Virus record (IMG/VR): IMGVR_UViG_2778261249_000001
Coordinates: 1-6,136 of that record
From: a virus
Taxonomy: Duplodnaviria > Heunggongvirae > Uroviricota > Caudoviricetes
Length of the DNA stretch: 6,136 bases
Reading direction: 5' to 3' (one strand)
In this document: positions 5,029-6,136 of the stretch, in pieces
Layout of the letters: each line of letters opens with the position of its first letter
Numbering within the stretch: the stretch's first letter is position 1
Translations under genes and position numbers: made by a program
The notes under the pieces: generated by a model
The model's input: the letters and a program-made list of their open reading frames with translations, nothing else
What the model was told of the DNA's origin: nothing
Database searches by the model: none

Positions 5029-5688
5029 ATGAAAATGAAATGGTATGAACTGGCTAGATCCAGAATGAAAGAGCTCGGCATAACTCAAGAGAAGTTAGCT
5101 GAAGAGCTTGGTATGACGCAGGGTGGAATTGGTCACTGGTTGCGCGGATCTCGTCATCCATCTCTTGACGAGATTGGTGTGGTGTTTAAATACCTTGGTA
5201 TTGATAACGTCTCATTCAACCACGACGGTACATTTTCACCTGTTGGCGAATACTCATCTGCCCCCGTTAAAAAACAATATGAGTACCCTGTTTTTTCTCA
5301 TGTTCAGGCCGGGATGTTCTCGCCTGAGCTTAGAACCTTTACCAAAGGTGATGCGGAGAGATGGGTCAGCACAACCAAAAAAGCCAGTGATTGTGCGTTC
5401 TGGCTTGAAGTTGAAGGTAATTCCATGACCGCGCCAACAGGATCCAAGCCAAGCTTTCCTGACGGGATGTTAATTCTCGTTGACCCTGAGCAGGCTGTTG
5501 AGCCAGGTGATTTCTGCATAGCCAGACTTGGTGGTGACGAGTTTACCTTCAAGAAACTGATCAGGGATAGCGGTCAGGTGTTCCTACAGCCACTAAACCC
5601 GCAATATCCAATGATTCCATGCAATGATAGCTGTTCCGTAGTAGGGAAAGTTATCGCCAGCCAGTGGCCTGAAGAGACATTTAGTTAA
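5029..5688 (+). CDS. cI: CI prophage repressor, 219 aa: non-lambda N-terminal HTH domain fused to a lambda-type S24 autopeptidase/dimerisation C-terminal domain
   Basis: From about residue 84 (nt 5278) to the end, [38 protein letters not shown]…[13 protein letters not shown] matches lambda CI near-identically as I recall it, including the Ala-Gly cleavage site, catalytic Ser (EGNSMT) and Lys (FKKL). The N-terminal 83 aa ([40 protein letters not shown]…) are unrelated to lambda CI. I place the start at ATG 5029 rather than the ORF-track TTG 4987; ATG 5035 is an alternative. Confidence 0.9.
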   Translation: MKMKWYELARSRMKELGITQEKLAEELGMTQGGIGHWLRGSRHPSLDEIGVVFKYLGIDNVSFNHDGTFSPVGEYSSAPVKKQYEYPVFSHVQAGMFSPELRTFTKGDAERWVSTTKKASDCAFWLEVEGNSMTAPTGSKPSFPDGMLILVDPEQAVEPGDFCIARLGGDEFTFKKLIRDSGQVFLQPLNPQYPMIPCNDSCSVVGKVIASQWPEETFS

Positions 5689-5720
5689 CAGCCTCACAAC
5701 TCTAAAACACACAACAATAA

Positions 5721-5748
5721 CCCGACCTTAGCGTCGGGTTTTCTTTTT
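5721..5748 (+). terminator. Rho-independent terminator immediately after cI
   Basis: Stem CCCGAC (5721-5726) and GTCGGG (5733-5738) with a 6-nt loop, followed by TTTTCTTTTT (5739-5748). Confidence 0.65.
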
Positions 5749-5800
5749 CCAAAATATAAACCCATTAAATACAAAGCGTTATAAAAAACTAATTATATTT

Positions 5801-5840
5801 AGAACATTTTGTATTGACTCGATAAAGTACAAATCGTACT
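5801..5840. promoter_or_regulatory. Candidate OL operator sites overlapping PL
   Basis: AGAACattttGTATT (5801-5815, overlaps the -35) and AGTACaaatcGTACT (5826-5840, overlaps spacer and -10). Centres are 25 bp apart. Same dyad family as the OR candidates. Confidence 0.5.
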
Positions 5841-5842
5841 AT
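5814..5842 (+). promoter_or_regulatory. PL-like promoter for N
   Basis: -35 TTGACT (5814-5819), 17-bp spacer, -10 TACTAT (5837-5842). Predicted start near 5849 (ATCAGCAGG…), which is where the lambda-like N leader sequence begins. Confidence 0.65.
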
Positions 5843-5882
5843 TTAGCCATCAGCAGGATGCACTAACCACCATGAAGGTGAG

Positions 5883-5912
5883 GCTCTTAAAAATTAAGCC
5901 CTGAAGAAGGGC
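5883..5912 (+). promoter_or_regulatory. nutL (boxA and boxB) in the N leader
   Basis: boxA-like GCTCTTAAAAATTAA (5883-5897) followed by the boxB hairpin GCCCTGAAGAAGGGC (5898-5912), matching lambda nutL. Confidence 0.8.
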
Positions 5913-6069
5913 AGCATTCAAAGCAGAAGGCTTTGGTGTGTGTGATACGAAACGAAGCATTGGCCGGAAGTGCGAATCCGGATTAGTTGCCAATGTGCCA
6001 TTGCGGGGTGTTTTCGTTCAGGACTACGACTCCCACACACAACCAAAGCTAACTGACAGGAGAATCCAG

Positions 6070-6136
6070 ATGGATGCACAAACACGCCGCCGCGAACGTC
6101 GCGCAGAGAAACAGGCTCAATGGAAAGCAGCAAATC
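6070..6136 (+). CDS. N: Antitermination protein N, first 22 codons only; gene continues past the right edge
   Basis: ATG 6070 preceded by AGGAG (6058-6062) with 7-nt spacing. Translation MDAQTRRRERRAEKQAQWKAAN matches the lambda N arginine-rich N-terminus (the boxB RNA-binding motif). Confidence 0.9.
   Translation, partial: MDAQTRRRERRAEKQAQWKAAN

Noticed and set aside
5123-5552. ORFs 5123..5428 (+) and 5304..5552 (-) inside cI
   Set aside because: Alternative and antisense frames within the lambda-type CI C-terminal domain coding sequence, with no supporting signals.
5918-6133. 71-aa minus-strand ORF
   Set aside because: It is antisense to the N leader, nutL and the N start codon, all clearly recognisable. 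Most likely a chance frame.
1-6136. Looked for CRISPR arrays, tRNA or rRNA genes, integrase or transposase, and obvious defence-system enzymes (large nucleases, ATPases, methyltransferases)
   Set aside because: None seen. No regularly spaced direct repeats other than the origin iterons, no tRNA-like cloverleaf regions recognised, and every large ORF is accounted for by phage immunity or replication functions.

Overview
This window reads as the immunity-replication core of a lambdoid (lambda-like) prophage, in reverse orientation relative to the standard lambda map. All calls rest on reading the sequence and on recall of lambda; no searches were run and no identities were computed. Right to left on the minus strand: cro-like repressor, nutR, cII (lambda-type), a 48-aa ORF, an O-like initiator carrying internal ori iterons, a 35-aa ORF, a 626-aa Toprim primase/helicase in place of lambda P, a tR2-like terminator, four small unknown ORFs, and the start of ninB. 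On the plus strand: oop antisense RNA, PRE, a cI repressor (non-lambda N-terminal domain fused to a lambda-type autocleaving C-terminal domain), a terminator, PL, nutL and the first 22 codons of N. There are no rex genes. The N leader, nutL, nutR, cII and oop look lambda-like, while the operators, cro, the cI DNA-binding domain and the replication module are not, so the region is mosaic. I found no clear defence or otherwise novel system. The most concrete new observations are a shared operator motif A[G/A]TAC-N5-GTA[C/A]T in OR and OL, GGTGACA/TGTCACC iterons at one-turn spacing inside the O-like gene, and several unlisted small ORFs wedged at module junctions.
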